Positions 8,622 through 17,129 of a stretch of 60,554 nt of DNA are shown in pieces (position 1 is the first letter of the stretch; each line of letters begins with the position of its first letter). The stretch is taken from positions 1 to 60,554 of the forward strand of contig JAFGJV010000054.1 in the NCBI GenBank assembly GCA_016928955.1. Reading direction: 5' to 3'. The stretch is from Spirochaetales bacterium. GTDB lineage: Bacteria; Spirochaetota; Spirochaetia; Treponematales; UBA12059. The position numbers and the translations under genes were made by a program. The notes under the pieces are model-generated. The model was not told where the DNA came from and ran no database searches. It saw only the letters and a program-made list of their open reading frames with translations.

Positions 8622-9770
8622 ATGGTTACAGGCCGGCGGAACGCCGAAAGTGCAACAGGGGAGGGCGGACGCTCGGACCTTCCGTGGGATAGGTGGTTCA
8701 GGCTGAGCCCAACCCCCATGTGGGTGGAGGATTTCAGTCCGCTCAAGCGGCTTATGGACGGCCTCATAGCGCAAGGTGTGGCAGACGCGGCGGCCTGGCT
8801 CAAAGACAATCCGGACGCCGCCTTGGGCCTGGCCCGGGACATACGCGTGCGTGACGTCAACCAGGCCGCCGTAGACATCCTGGAGGCCGATAGCCGGGAC
8901 CAGCTGATCGGCGATCTGACAGGCGGCTTTGACGACGAGTCGTACGGGCCCTTTCTGGATGAACTGGCCCGCATAGCCGGTGGCGAGCGTCGCTTCAGCA
9001 TCGACATAAGCGCCCGTTCGTTCAAGGGCCGGAAAAAGCTCCTCCGCATGCAGTGGACAGCCGCCCCCGGTCACGAGGAAGACCTGTCCACGGTCGTGCT
9101 CAGCGCCGTCGACCTCACCGACCTGGTGGAGGCCGAACAGCGCCTGCGCGTAGCCCTTACGGACAAGGAATTCCTCTTGCGCGAGATCCAGCACAGGGTC
9201 AGGAACACCCTGAGCCTGATAGAATCGCTCATCGGTCTCCAGGCCGAACGCTCGCCGGCAGCCGCGGAAGCGCTGAACGCCTCGGCGCGCCGGGTCGAGA
9301 TGCTGGAGCTCGTCCATGATTCGCTCTACCGAGAAGGCGATCCTTCCAAAGCCAAGCTGCGGGATTGCGTGGAAGGCGCGGTACGGCAAGTGGCTCACCG
9401 GGAACGAGCCGGGACAGAGGTACTCCTGGACCTGTCCTGCGACGAAGCCGACCTGGCCGTGGAACACGCTCCGTCAGTGGCCTTGATCGTGGGCGAGCTT
9501 GCGTCCAACGCCCTGCGTCACGGGGGGGTGGACGGACGGCGGCCCCAGGTAGGCATACGGGCCAGAATGGACCCCGACGGTAGGCTTGAGTTGACCGTTG
9601 CGGACAATGGCCGCGGTTTTGACCCCGCAGATGAGCAGGGCGGGAGCCTGGGGCTCAAGCTGGTCCGAGCCCTTGTGGAACAACTCGGCGGCACCATGGA
9701 TATCCACGCCTCCAACAGCGGCACCACGGTCAGCATGTCGCTTGGCCTCAACAGTGGCACAAAGCTTTGA
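8622..9770 (+). CDS. PAS-like sensor histidine kinase (HisKA_2/HWE type)
   Basis: LREIQHRVRNTL H-box, ELASNALRHG N-box, DNGRGF, GSLGLKLV. Confidence 0.88.
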   Translation: MVTGRRNAESATGEGGRSDLPWDRWFRLSPTPMWVEDFSPLKRLMDGLIAQGVADAAAWLKDNPDAALGLARDIRVRDVNQAAVDILEADSRDQLIGDLTGGFDDESYGPFLDELARIAGGERRFSIDISARSFKGRKKLLRMQWTAAPGHEEDLSTVVLSAVDLTDLVEAEQRLRVALTDKEFLLREIQHRVRNTLSLIESLIGLQAERSPAAAEALNASARRVEMLELVHDSLYREGDPSKAKLRDCVEGAVRQVAHRERAGTEVLLDLSCDEADLAVEHAPSVALIVGELASNALRHGGVDGRRPQVGIRARMDPDGRLELTVADNGRGFDPADEQGGSLGLKLVRALVEQLGGTMDIHASNSGTTVSMSLGLNSGTKL

Positions 9771-9904
9771 CGCGCCAAGAGGTGTGGGGTTCCGCGCCCC
9801 AACAGGCTTTGTAAAGCGGTATACCACGGCGACTGTCCAGACGACATCAAAGCTTCGACACACCGGGGTAAGCGGTCAAAGGTATCTATAAAAAACCATT
9901 TATG

Positions 9905-10043
9905 AAGGCTCTTTTAAAAGTCGGACGAGTTTTGAAAGAACTACATATTGAGACGTGATGTGCGTAGCGGTTGCGATGTATGCAAACAACCGCGAGCAAT
10001 CGCAAAGCCAATTTCAGAAGTAACAGACTTTTGAAATTGGCTC
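9905..10043. mobile_element. Degenerate MITE-like palindromic element
   Basis: Imperfect 18-bp terminal inverted repeats (AAGGCTCTTTTAAAAGTC / GACTTTTGAAATTGGCTC), TATG on both flanks, internal hairpins including a 16-bp stem (10006-10021/10027-10042). Confidence 0.55.
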
Positions 10044-10073
10044 TATGGTAAGGAAAAGGCCATAAAAAAGTAC

Positions 10074-10111
10074 CGAAACCGGTTGCGTAACCCGAAAAAC
10101 TGTCGTATTCT
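10074..10111 (+). promoter_or_regulatory. LacI-type operator overlapping the sigma70 promoter of the GH1 gene
   Basis: CGAAACCGGTTGC (10074-10086) overlaps TTGCGT-N17-TATTCT; the same motif occurs twice before the ABC operon. Confidence 0.75.
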
Positions 10112-10278
10112 TCTCTTGTCCGAGCGGAACGAGCGATCCGTGGACCATCCGGAGGCCCCGCGCGTGGGGCATCCTCCCTCCGGGGAAGCCACGGATCGTG
10201 CTCGGCGCCTTCCTTGACTCAAGCACCCACATTTGGCGTGGCGTGGCTCGATGGCTTCCGGACGGACAAGGAGTATGC

Positions 10279-11604
10279 ATGGCACGTTTGGTTTTTCCCC
10301 CGGACTTTCTGTGGGGCAGCGCCACAGCCGCCTATCAGGTGGAAGGCGCGACCCGCGAGGACGGCCGGGGTGAGAGTATATGGGACGTTTTCTCCCGGCG
10401 GCCGGGGAGGGTGCATGCCGGGGAGAACGGCGACATAGCGGCCGACCAGTACCACCGGTACCCTGAGGACATAGAGCTGATGCGCGGGCTCGGGGCGGGG
10501 GCGTATCGCTTTTCCCTGGCCTGGCCGCGGGTGTATCCCGAGGGGAGGGGCAAGCTCAACCCCAAAGGTTTTGATTACTACCAACGCCTGGTGGACGCTC
10601 TCCTTGGCTCAGGCATCAAGCCTGTGGTGACGCTGTACCACTGGGATCTCCCCCAGGCTCTGGAAGAAAAGGGCGGCTGGACCGCGCGTGACACGGCGTA
10701 TGCCTTCGCGGATTACGCGTCGGCATGCTACACGGCTCTTGGAGACAGGGTGCGCGACTGGATTACCATCAACGAACCCTGGTGCTCGGCGTACCTCGGC
10801 TATGGACGCGGCGTGCACGCGCCGGGCCACCGTTCCGAGTCCATGGCCGCCAGCGCTGCCCACCACCTGAACCTAGCCCACGGCCTTGCCCTTGCGGCAT
10901 ACCGGGCGACGGGACAGGGCGGTTCGGTGGGCATAGCCCTGAACCTGTCCACGCCCCGCCCGGCTACGGCCAAGCCGGAAGACGCCGCGGCGGTGGAACG
11001 GCTTGTGGACAGGGACAGCCGCATGTTCACCGGGCCTCTGTTCGGCCACGGTTACCCTGAGGCCTATCTCAAGAAGGAAGGCCTTGCCCTGCCCGTGGAA
11101 CCGGGTGACATGGAGCTCATAGCGGCCCCCATGGATTTCCTAGGACTGAATTACTATTCCGAGCCGGCGGCGGTGGACGATCCGAGCGCGCCGCTCGGGG
11201 CAACGCACGCGCCGTCGGGCTATCCGGAGACCGGCATGGGATGGCCAATCGTGCCTCAGGGACTCCTGCGACAGCTCCGTTGGGCGACCCGAGAGTCCGG
11301 GGGCATACCGCTGTACATAACGGAGAACGGCGCGGCCTTCGAGGACAGGGTCCAGGGCGAGCGTGTCCACGACGAGGGACGCGTGGCATACCTGCGGGAC
11401 CATTTGGCCGTATGCTCGGAGGCCGTGCATGAAGGCTTGCCCCTCAAAGGCTATTTCCTGTGGTCGTTCATAGACAATTTTGAGTGGGCCTGGGGATATA
11501 GCCAGCGCTTTGGCATCGTGCACTGCGATTTCACAACCCTGGAGCGCAAGCCCAAGGACAGTTACTACTTTTACCGTGACGTCATAGCCGGCACGGCCGA
11601 ATGA
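10279..11604 (+). CDS. bglA: GH1 beta-glucosidase
   Basis: FLWGSATAAYQVEG, TLYHWDLP, TINEP and YITENG catalytic motifs; AAGGAG RBS. Confidence 0.95.
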   Translation: MARLVFPPDFLWGSATAAYQVEGATREDGRGESIWDVFSRRPGRVHAGENGDIAADQYHRYPEDIELMRGLGAGAYRFSLAWPRVYPEGRGKLNPKGFDYYQRLVDALLGSGIKPVVTLYHWDLPQALEEKGGWTARDTAYAFADYASACYTALGDRVRDWITINEPWCSAYLGYGRGVHAPGHRSESMAASAAHHLNLAHGLALAAYRATGQGGSVGIALNLSTPRPATAKPEDAAAVERLVDRDSRMFTGPLFGHGYPEAYLKKEGLALPVEPGDMELIAAPMDFLGLNYYSEPAAVDDPSAPLGATHAPSGYPETGMGWPIVPQGLLRQLRWATRESGGIPLYITENGAAFEDRVQGERVHDEGRVAYLRDHLAVCSEAVHEGLPLKGYFLWSFIDNFEWAWGYSQRFGIVHCDFTTLERKPKDSYYFYRDVIAGTAE

Positions 11605-11611
11605 ACACCGG

Positions 11612-11644
11612 CCATCACGGGCTGCCCAGAGCCGCCCGTGATGG
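11612..11644. terminator. GC-rich hairpin after GH1 gene
   Basis: CCATCACGGGC / GCCCGTGATGG inverted repeat; no clear T-tract. Confidence 0.45.
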
Positions 11645-11684
11645 ATCCGGTCGCCGGGCCGCGCCGGCTATAGGAAGCTCTAAA

Positions 11685-11790
11685 GGGGCCTCTAAAAACT
11701 TCAGTTTTTTTGAGGGCTACCTTAGAAACCCTGCGTTTTCTGCCGAAAACGCAGGGAACCTCTACTAACCAAGGGGTTATTAGAGGTTCC
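11685..11790. mobile_element. 106-bp MITE-like element of three tandem hairpins
   Basis: TIRs GGGGCCTCTAAAAAC / GTTATTAGAGGTTCC (12/15 match), TAAA direct repeat on both flanks (11681-84, 11791-94). Confidence 0.7.
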
Positions 11791-11820
11791 TAAAGTAAAG
11801 ACTGAAGATTTAAAAGGCTC

Positions 11821-12840
11821 CTAGAGCGAGGCCGCGCTGTCTCGCGCGATGAGTTGTGTCGCCACCCTCGGTACGCTTTCCGGCCGTATATCTTCCCCGG
11901 ACAGGATTCTCAGCATGAGTTCGGCGGCCTCCGTGCCCAGGCGAACGCGGTCCTGCCGTATAGTGGTCAGCGACGGGGTCAGGTACGCCGATACCTCGTA
12001 GTCGTCAAAACCGACAAAGGATATGTCGCCGGGTACAGACAGGCCGCGATCTCGGGCGGCGGCCATGGCCCCATAGGCTATGGTGTCGCAGGCCGCGAAC
12101 ACGGCGCTGGGGCTGGCGCCAGAATCCAGGAGGGCGTTCATGGCCTGTCGGCCCGCCTCTGCGTGCCAGTACGCGCATTCCACGGTCAGTTCTGGCTCAG
12201 CCTTGATGCCGCGGGCTGACAGTTCGTCCAGATAGCCAGAGCGACGCTCGAGGCCGGCCGGCGATTTTTCCGTGATGGGGCCGGAGAGGTGGGCGATGCG
12301 ACGGTGCCCCATATCGCAGAGGGCGGCAACGGCAGTCCTCGCTCCCTGGTAATTCTCCGATACAACGCGCGGCACGCCGGGGAAAGGATCGTTGGCGGAC
12401 ACGCAGGGCAGGTCCCCCGCCACCAGTTCGTCCATGCCCGTGTCGCCCAGGGACGTATTCACGATGTACACGCCGTCTATGTGGCGCATGCGGGCGTGAT
12501 CGAGGTAGTTGAGCTTACGCGGACCGAGTTGCCTGGACAGGAATATAAGCTCGTAGCCGGCCACCTCTATGCGCGACTTGAAGGCGTCTATGATACCGGC
12601 GAACAGGGGATGCTCCATGCCCCGGAGCATGTACAGGTCGTCGTATATGATGCCTATGAGGTAGCTTTTTTTTGTGGACAGGGCCTTGGCCATGGCGTTG
12701 GGCGTGTAGCCCATGCGCTTGGCCGCGTCCACGATGCGCTCGCGCGTGCGCTCGCTCACCTCGGGCGAGCCGTTGAGCGCCTTGGACACCGTGGGCGCGG
12801 AGTAGCCAGTTTCCTTGGCGATGTCGTAAATCGTCGTCAT
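11821..12840 (-). CDS. LacI family transcriptional regulator
   Basis: TTIYDIAKETGYSAPTVSKALN HTH; DISFVGFDD, PSLTTIRQ. Confidence 0.95.
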   Translation of the reverse strand: MTTIYDIAKETGYSAPTVSKALNGSPEVSERTRERIVDAAKRMGYTPNAMAKALSTKKSYLIGIIYDDLYMLRGMEHPLFAGIIDAFKSRIEVAGYELIFLSRQLGPRKLNYLDHARMRHIDGVYIVNTSLGDTGMDELVAGDLPCVSANDPFPGVPRVVSENYQGARTAVAALCDMGHRRIAHLSGPITEKSPAGLERRSGYLDELSARGIKAEPELTVECAYWHAEAGRQAMNALLDSGASPSAVFAACDTIAYGAMAAARDRGLSVPGDISFVGFDDYEVSAYLTPSLTTIRQDRVRLGTEAAELMLRILSGEDIRPESVPRVATQLIARDSAASL

Positions 12841-13682
12841 TCCTTGACGCCGCCTATCGTGATGCCAGCTATGATGTGCCGCGACATGAACGCGTAGAAC
12901 ACCAGGATAGGAACGATGGACACCGCTATGCCCAGGTATATTCCGCCGTACTCCGTGCGGTATATGTCGGTGCGCAGGAGCTGGACGAGCATGGGCAGGG
13001 TGTACTTGTCCTTGTCCGATAGCAGTATATATGGGGTGATGAAATTATTCCATGATCCTACAAAGCTGAAGATTGCCATGGTGGCCATGGCGGGAGCTAT
13101 CACCGGCGTCACGATGGTGTTGAATATCCTGAATTCGCTGGCCCCGTCCATACGGGCTGCTTCCACCAGCTCCAGGGATAGGACCGACTTCAGGTACTGC
13201 CTGATGAACAGGACGGTGGCCGGGGAGGCCATGGCCGGCAGGATCAGCGGCACAAAGCTGTCAAGGAGTTTGAGCTGGGCCATCATGCGGTAGAAGCCTA
13301 TCAGGCCGAGCTGGGGCGGCACCATGATGACCACCAAGATGACGCTCCAGAGAACCTTCTTGCCGCGGAACTGGAAGACGTGCAGGCCATACGCGGTCAT
13401 GGCCGAGAAGTACACGGCCACGGCCGTGGTAGCCAGGGCTATGAAGGCCGAATTGAAAAAGCCCCTGGTGATGTTGAAGCCCCGGTTGGTCAGGGCCTTC
13501 CAGTTGTGGGCAATCTGGTTGCCGGGCAGCAGCGACAGGCCCTGCTGGATGGCTTCCGTGGAGCGCGTGGCGTTGATGAGCATGAGGTAGATGGGCACCA
13601 CGGCGAGCATGGCAAAAAACGTGAATACGGCGTACACGGCTGTGCGGGACAGGCCGAGCCCCAGTCGGTGGCGGCTGATCAT
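12837..13682 (-). CDS. Carbohydrate ABC transporter permease (MalG-like)
   Basis: EAARMDGA EAA loop, SWNNF; ATGA coupling with neighbours. Confidence 0.93.
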   Translation of the reverse strand: MISRHRLGLGLSRTAVYAVFTFFAMLAVVPIYLMLINATRSTEAIQQGLSLLPGNQIAHNWKALTNRGFNITRGFFNSAFIALATTAVAVYFSAMTAYGLHVFQFRGKKVLWSVILVVIMVPPQLGLIGFYRMMAQLKLLDSFVPLILPAMASPATVLFIRQYLKSVLSLELVEAARMDGASEFRIFNTIVTPVIAPAMATMAIFSFVGSWNNFITPYILLSDKDKYTLPMLVQLLRTDIYRTEYGGIYLGIAVSIVPILVFYAFMSRHIIAGITIGGVKE

Positions 13683-14671
13683 CGAGCCCTCCCTTCCTCG
13701 TGAACGGCGTTCCTGCGGAGCCACGCGGCGCTCGGGCCGAACTTGCCGGGCCGGAGCTGGCTCGGGTGGTGCCTGTCGCGCATCACGGCGTACATGAGGA
13801 TGGCGGCCGTGGACGTGAGGAGGAAGAGGCCAGTGGATATGGCGGATGCGTACGCGTAGTTGTTCGAGCCCGTGAAGGCGTGGTTGTACAGGTACACGGC
13901 CGTTGTCAGGATGGATCCGTCCGGGTCGCCCCTGCGGTTGGTGATCAGGTACGGTATGTCGAACATCTGCATGCCGCCTATCATGCTGGTGACAAGGATG
14001 TACAGCATGACCGGTTTCAGCATGGGCAGGGTAACGTGGCGGAACATCTGCCTGGCGTTGGCTCCGTCTATGACCGCCGATTCATAGAGAGCCACGGGTA
14101 TGCCGGCTATGCCGGCTGATATCATGATGAGCGTGTGGCCGTACCACATCCAGAACTGGATAAAGGCCACAATCAGCCTCGTGAAGGTCGAATCCCGGAA
14201 AAAGTTGAACGCCACGTCCCTCATGCCAGCCTGGACCAGGGCCTGGTTGATGGGACCATTGGGGTAATAAAACAGCGTTGCGTACAGGACCGCTATACTC
14301 GCGGCGGTCAGCAGGTTGGGAAGATAGAAGATGGCCTTGAACAGGCCCTGGGCCTTGAGCCGGAGCCGCACGTCCGAGCACCAGACGGCGAACAGGAGGG
14401 CCAGGCCGAGCTGGGGGATAAAACTGATGCCCCATATCAACCAGGTGTTCGAAAAGGCCTTCCAGAAATACGCGTCGGAAACAAGGTGGACGAAATTCTC
14501 CAGGCCGACGAATTTGAAATTCCTGGACATGCCGCGGAAGTCGGTTAGTCCCAGGGCAAAGGTGTATATGATGGGGTAGAGCTGAAGGGCCAAGAAGGCG
14601 ACGACGAAGGGTAGTACGAACAGGTAGCCTTGTCGTTCCAGCCTGGCCCGGGTACCGAGCGCGTTCCGCAT
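13679..14671 (-). CDS. Carbohydrate ABC transporter permease (MalF-like)
   Basis: FVGLENF, LYESAVIDGA, HVTLPML. Confidence 0.93.
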   Translation of the reverse strand: MRNALGTRARLERQGYLFVLPFVVAFLALQLYPIIYTFALGLTDFRGMSRNFKFVGLENFVHLVSDAYFWKAFSNTWLIWGISFIPQLGLALLFAVWCSDVRLRLKAQGLFKAIFYLPNLLTAASIAVLYATLFYYPNGPINQALVQAGMRDVAFNFFRDSTFTRLIVAFIQFWMWYGHTLIMISAGIAGIPVALYESAVIDGANARQMFRHVTLPMLKPVMLYILVTSMIGGMQMFDIPYLITNRRGDPDGSILTTAVYLYNHAFTGSNNYAYASAISTGLFLLTSTAAILMYAVMRDRHHPSQLRPGKFGPSAAWLRRNAVHEEGRAR

Positions 14672-14806
14672 GGGGTGTTCTCCTCAGGGCTCTAGCGGCC
14701 AAGGCGGGATACCCGCCCAAAACCGCCAGCCGGAGCCCTGCGAAGGCGTCCGGCCGGCGGGTACCGCCTTGATCAGCATCCGGGAGACAGAGCTCCCGGT
14801 GCCGGC

Positions 14807-16117
14807 TTATTGGACCGAGAGTTCGGTGAACTGGCTGGCAACGGCAGCCTTGAAGTCGGCAAGAGCCTCGTCCAGGGGTTTTTCCCCGTTCACATACGCG
14901 TTCATCTGTTCCTGGAACAACACTTCGATCTCCTGGTCGTAACCGGTGAGCACCTTGGCTGATATGTTGCGGGCCATGTCCGCAAAAGCAGCGTAGTGGT
15001 TCTGACCGGACAGGAAGGGCTCAACATAGCTGTCCTTGATCTTGTTGACCACGGCCATGTTGGATACCAGGTCGCCGGTTTCCTTGGCCCAGGGTTCCAG
15101 GAAATCCGGGTCCGTGGTCAGGAACCGTATCAGGTCCAGGGCCAGATCCTTCTGCTTGGTGTCGGCAAAGGCACCGAGCCATGTACCGCCCCAGAAATAG
15201 GGCATGGGGCCCTGTATCATGGCCCAGTCGCCCGAGGTATCGGAACTGCCGTCCGCCGCTTTGGCGTTGGCCTTGAGGACGTAATGGAGGCCCCAGGTGG
15301 GCAGGAAGTAGCCGAATACCTCCACGGGGGCGCCGCTTTCGTCGGTCAGGGTGCCTTTCATGCCGGCAAACCAGCCCTCTCCCCACTGTGCCTGGCGGCC
15401 TTCGTAGTCGTTGTCATGGAACAGCTTGCCCTGTTCCATCATTTTGACCATCAGGGGATCGATGCCGAATACGCTGTCCTTTACCCAGGGCACGGTTCTG
15501 CCGGACTTGTATACCTGGAACAGGTCTCCGACTGACGACACGATCACGGCTCTGCCGCCGGATTTCTGCTTCAGTTCCTCAGCCACGTCAAGGAATTTGT
15601 CAAAGTCGGACAGCATGGCCTGCACGGCCACGGGGTCGTCGGTGCCCAGGTACTTTTTGGCCATGGAGCGGCGGTAGAAGTACGCGCCGGGCGTGGCCTG
15701 CCAGGACAGGCCCATTAGCTTGCCCCGTGAGTCCAGGGCGGCGTCCTTGGTGTACTGGACCGTATCCTTGGCCGCTGACGCGATGGGGGCCAGATCCAGC
15801 ATGAATCCTGTGTCAACGTACCCTTTAATGTACGCCGCTTCCAGGGCAAAGACGTCCGGCGCACCCTGGCCGCTCTGGAGAACCGGCTTCAGTTTGGACT
15901 GGTACACGTCATTCGGCACCATGACAAACTCGATCTCGACATCCGGGTTCAGCGCCTTGTACTTGTCCAGCATGCCGCCCAATTCGTCGCTGAATGACCA
16001 CACCACCAGTTTTTTGGGACCGGTGTCCTTGGGAGCGCACGCGCTCAAAACCACCAGGGCGGCGACCGTCAAAGCGAGCGCCGCGGCGAATATTCGCCAC
16101 GTTCCACGTTTCCGCAT
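14807..16117 (-). CDS. Sugar ABC transporter substrate-binding lipoprotein
   Basis: Lipobox LSAC, APDVF, WGGTWL; first gene of operon. Confidence 0.92.
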   Translation of the reverse strand: MRKRGTWRIFAAALALTVAALVVLSACAPKDTGPKKLVVWSFSDELGGMLDKYKALNPDVEIEFVMVPNDVYQSKLKPVLQSGQGAPDVFALEAAYIKGYVDTGFMLDLAPIASAAKDTVQYTKDAALDSRGKLMGLSWQATPGAYFYRRSMAKKYLGTDDPVAVQAMLSDFDKFLDVAEELKQKSGGRAVIVSSVGDLFQVYKSGRTVPWVKDSVFGIDPLMVKMMEQGKLFHDNDYEGRQAQWGEGWFAGMKGTLTDESGAPVEVFGYFLPTWGLHYVLKANAKAADGSSDTSGDWAMIQGPMPYFWGGTWLGAFADTKQKDLALDLIRFLTTDPDFLEPWAKETGDLVSNMAVVNKIKDSYVEPFLSGQNHYAAFADMARNISAKVLTGYDQEIEVLFQEQMNAYVNGEKPLDEALADFKAAVASQFTELSVQ

Positions 16118-16209
16118 ACCATGAGCCTCCTATACCGTGCTACTTGTCGCGTCCGTGTCGCCATCCCCTGCGCCGGAGCATGGCTGCGTGGCTTGTCCTC
16201 GCAAGCTCA

Positions 16210-16245
16210 CGAAACCGGTTGCATTATACACCGAAACCGGTTGCA
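16210..16245 (-). promoter_or_regulatory. Tandem LacI-type operators flanking a TATAAT -10 box
   Basis: CGAAACCGGTTGCA at 16210-16223 and 16232-16245; ATTATA (TATAAT on minus) at 16223-16228. Confidence 0.8.
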
Positions 16246-16259
16246 GTCCAGTAAAAAAA

Positions 16260-16922
16260 TCAATTTTCTTGCTCTTTTCTGTCTCCTGCCCTAAAACACG
16301 CTCCATCCTTTCCATTATCGAGCCAGAGGCGCAGCCCGAGAGAGCCCAGGAAGCTTTCCTGGCAACGCAGGCTGAAAAAGCCTACATGGCTTATGTCTTG
16401 GCGATACCACCACGCGGAAAAGGCCCGGGCGTCAGCTGGCGGTCGGCCGGTCCTGATAAAGAGAAACCCGCCCGGCGCAAGGCGGGAAGCAGCGAGACGC
16501 AACGCGTCGCCCGGCCAGTGCATATGCTCGGCAACCTCGTGGAGCACGATGGCGTCCCACGTGGCGTCTGTCCAGGCGCAATCGGGATGGAAAAAAGGAT
16601 CCCATGACGATACGTTGAAGTCCCGTTCGGTCAAGAGAGCCGACAGGGCCGGCTCGGGGCCGCACCCGTAGTCCAGGACGCGCGCCCCCGGAGCCAGCGC
16701 TGGCATGATCAGCTCGTCAACAAAGCCGGTAAGCCAGGAGCGGTATCCGGGGTCGGCAGGGTCGTTTCTGTGAAGCAGATAGCGCTTTCGCTCGTCGTCG
16801 CCCGTAGGCAGATGGCTCTGGGCAAGCTGCAGGTATCCGCACTCGCTGCACGACTCGTATCTTGAGAGCGGAGCGCTTGGCCCAAGAGCGTCGGTGGGCG
16901 ACCCGCATAGCCTGCACGTCAT
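16260..16922 (-). CDS. Class I SAM-dependent methyltransferase with N-terminal zinc ribbon
   Basis: CRLC..CSEC, VLDYGCG, EVAEH, WWYRQDISHV. Confidence 0.88.
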   Translation of the reverse strand: MTCRLCGSPTDALGPSAPLSRYESCSECGYLQLAQSHLPTGDDERKRYLLHRNDPADPGYRSWLTGFVDELIMPALAPGARVLDYGCGPEPALSALLTERDFNVSSWDPFFHPDCAWTDATWDAIVLHEVAEHMHWPGDALRLAASRLAPGGFLFIRTGRPPADARAFSAWWYRQDISHVGFFSLRCQESFLGSLGLRLWLDNGKDGACFRAGDRKEQEN

Positions 16923-17014
16923 GCGTACAGTGTAGCGTTGGCGCGCCCGAAGGGCCAGCAGCATAGCGGGGCCTTGTAACCGGCGGCTGCCCCGGATCGC
17001 ACTGCCTTCCGTCC

Positions 17015-17043
17015 TTGACTAAGGTTACGTGCCTGTGTAGCTT
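17015..17043 (+). promoter_or_regulatory. sigma70 promoter of the ECF operon
   Basis: TTGACT-N17-TAGCTT with TG extension. Confidence 0.55.
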
Positions 17044-17129
17044 GTGCTTGAACGCTTGGATCCCCCAAGGGCAGGCCGATGGCTATACGCTCATCCGCCG
17101 CCCGTCATGGACCGAGACGCGAGGTGATC

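Noticed and set aside
8471..9049. 620-aa MFS with long N-terminal extension
   Set aside because: Extension is the antisense shadow of the histidine kinase; real start at 8470.
14690..14775. Nested hairpin between SBP and permease genes as a novel ncRNA
   Set aside because: Position matches the common mRNA-stabilising stem after binding-protein genes.
17044..17129. Riboswitch ahead of the ECF-PanT-CoaX operon or nrdJ (cobalamin)
   Set aside because: No recognisable aptamer consensus by eye; the nrdJ leader is short and has NrdR boxes instead. An Rfam scan would settle it.
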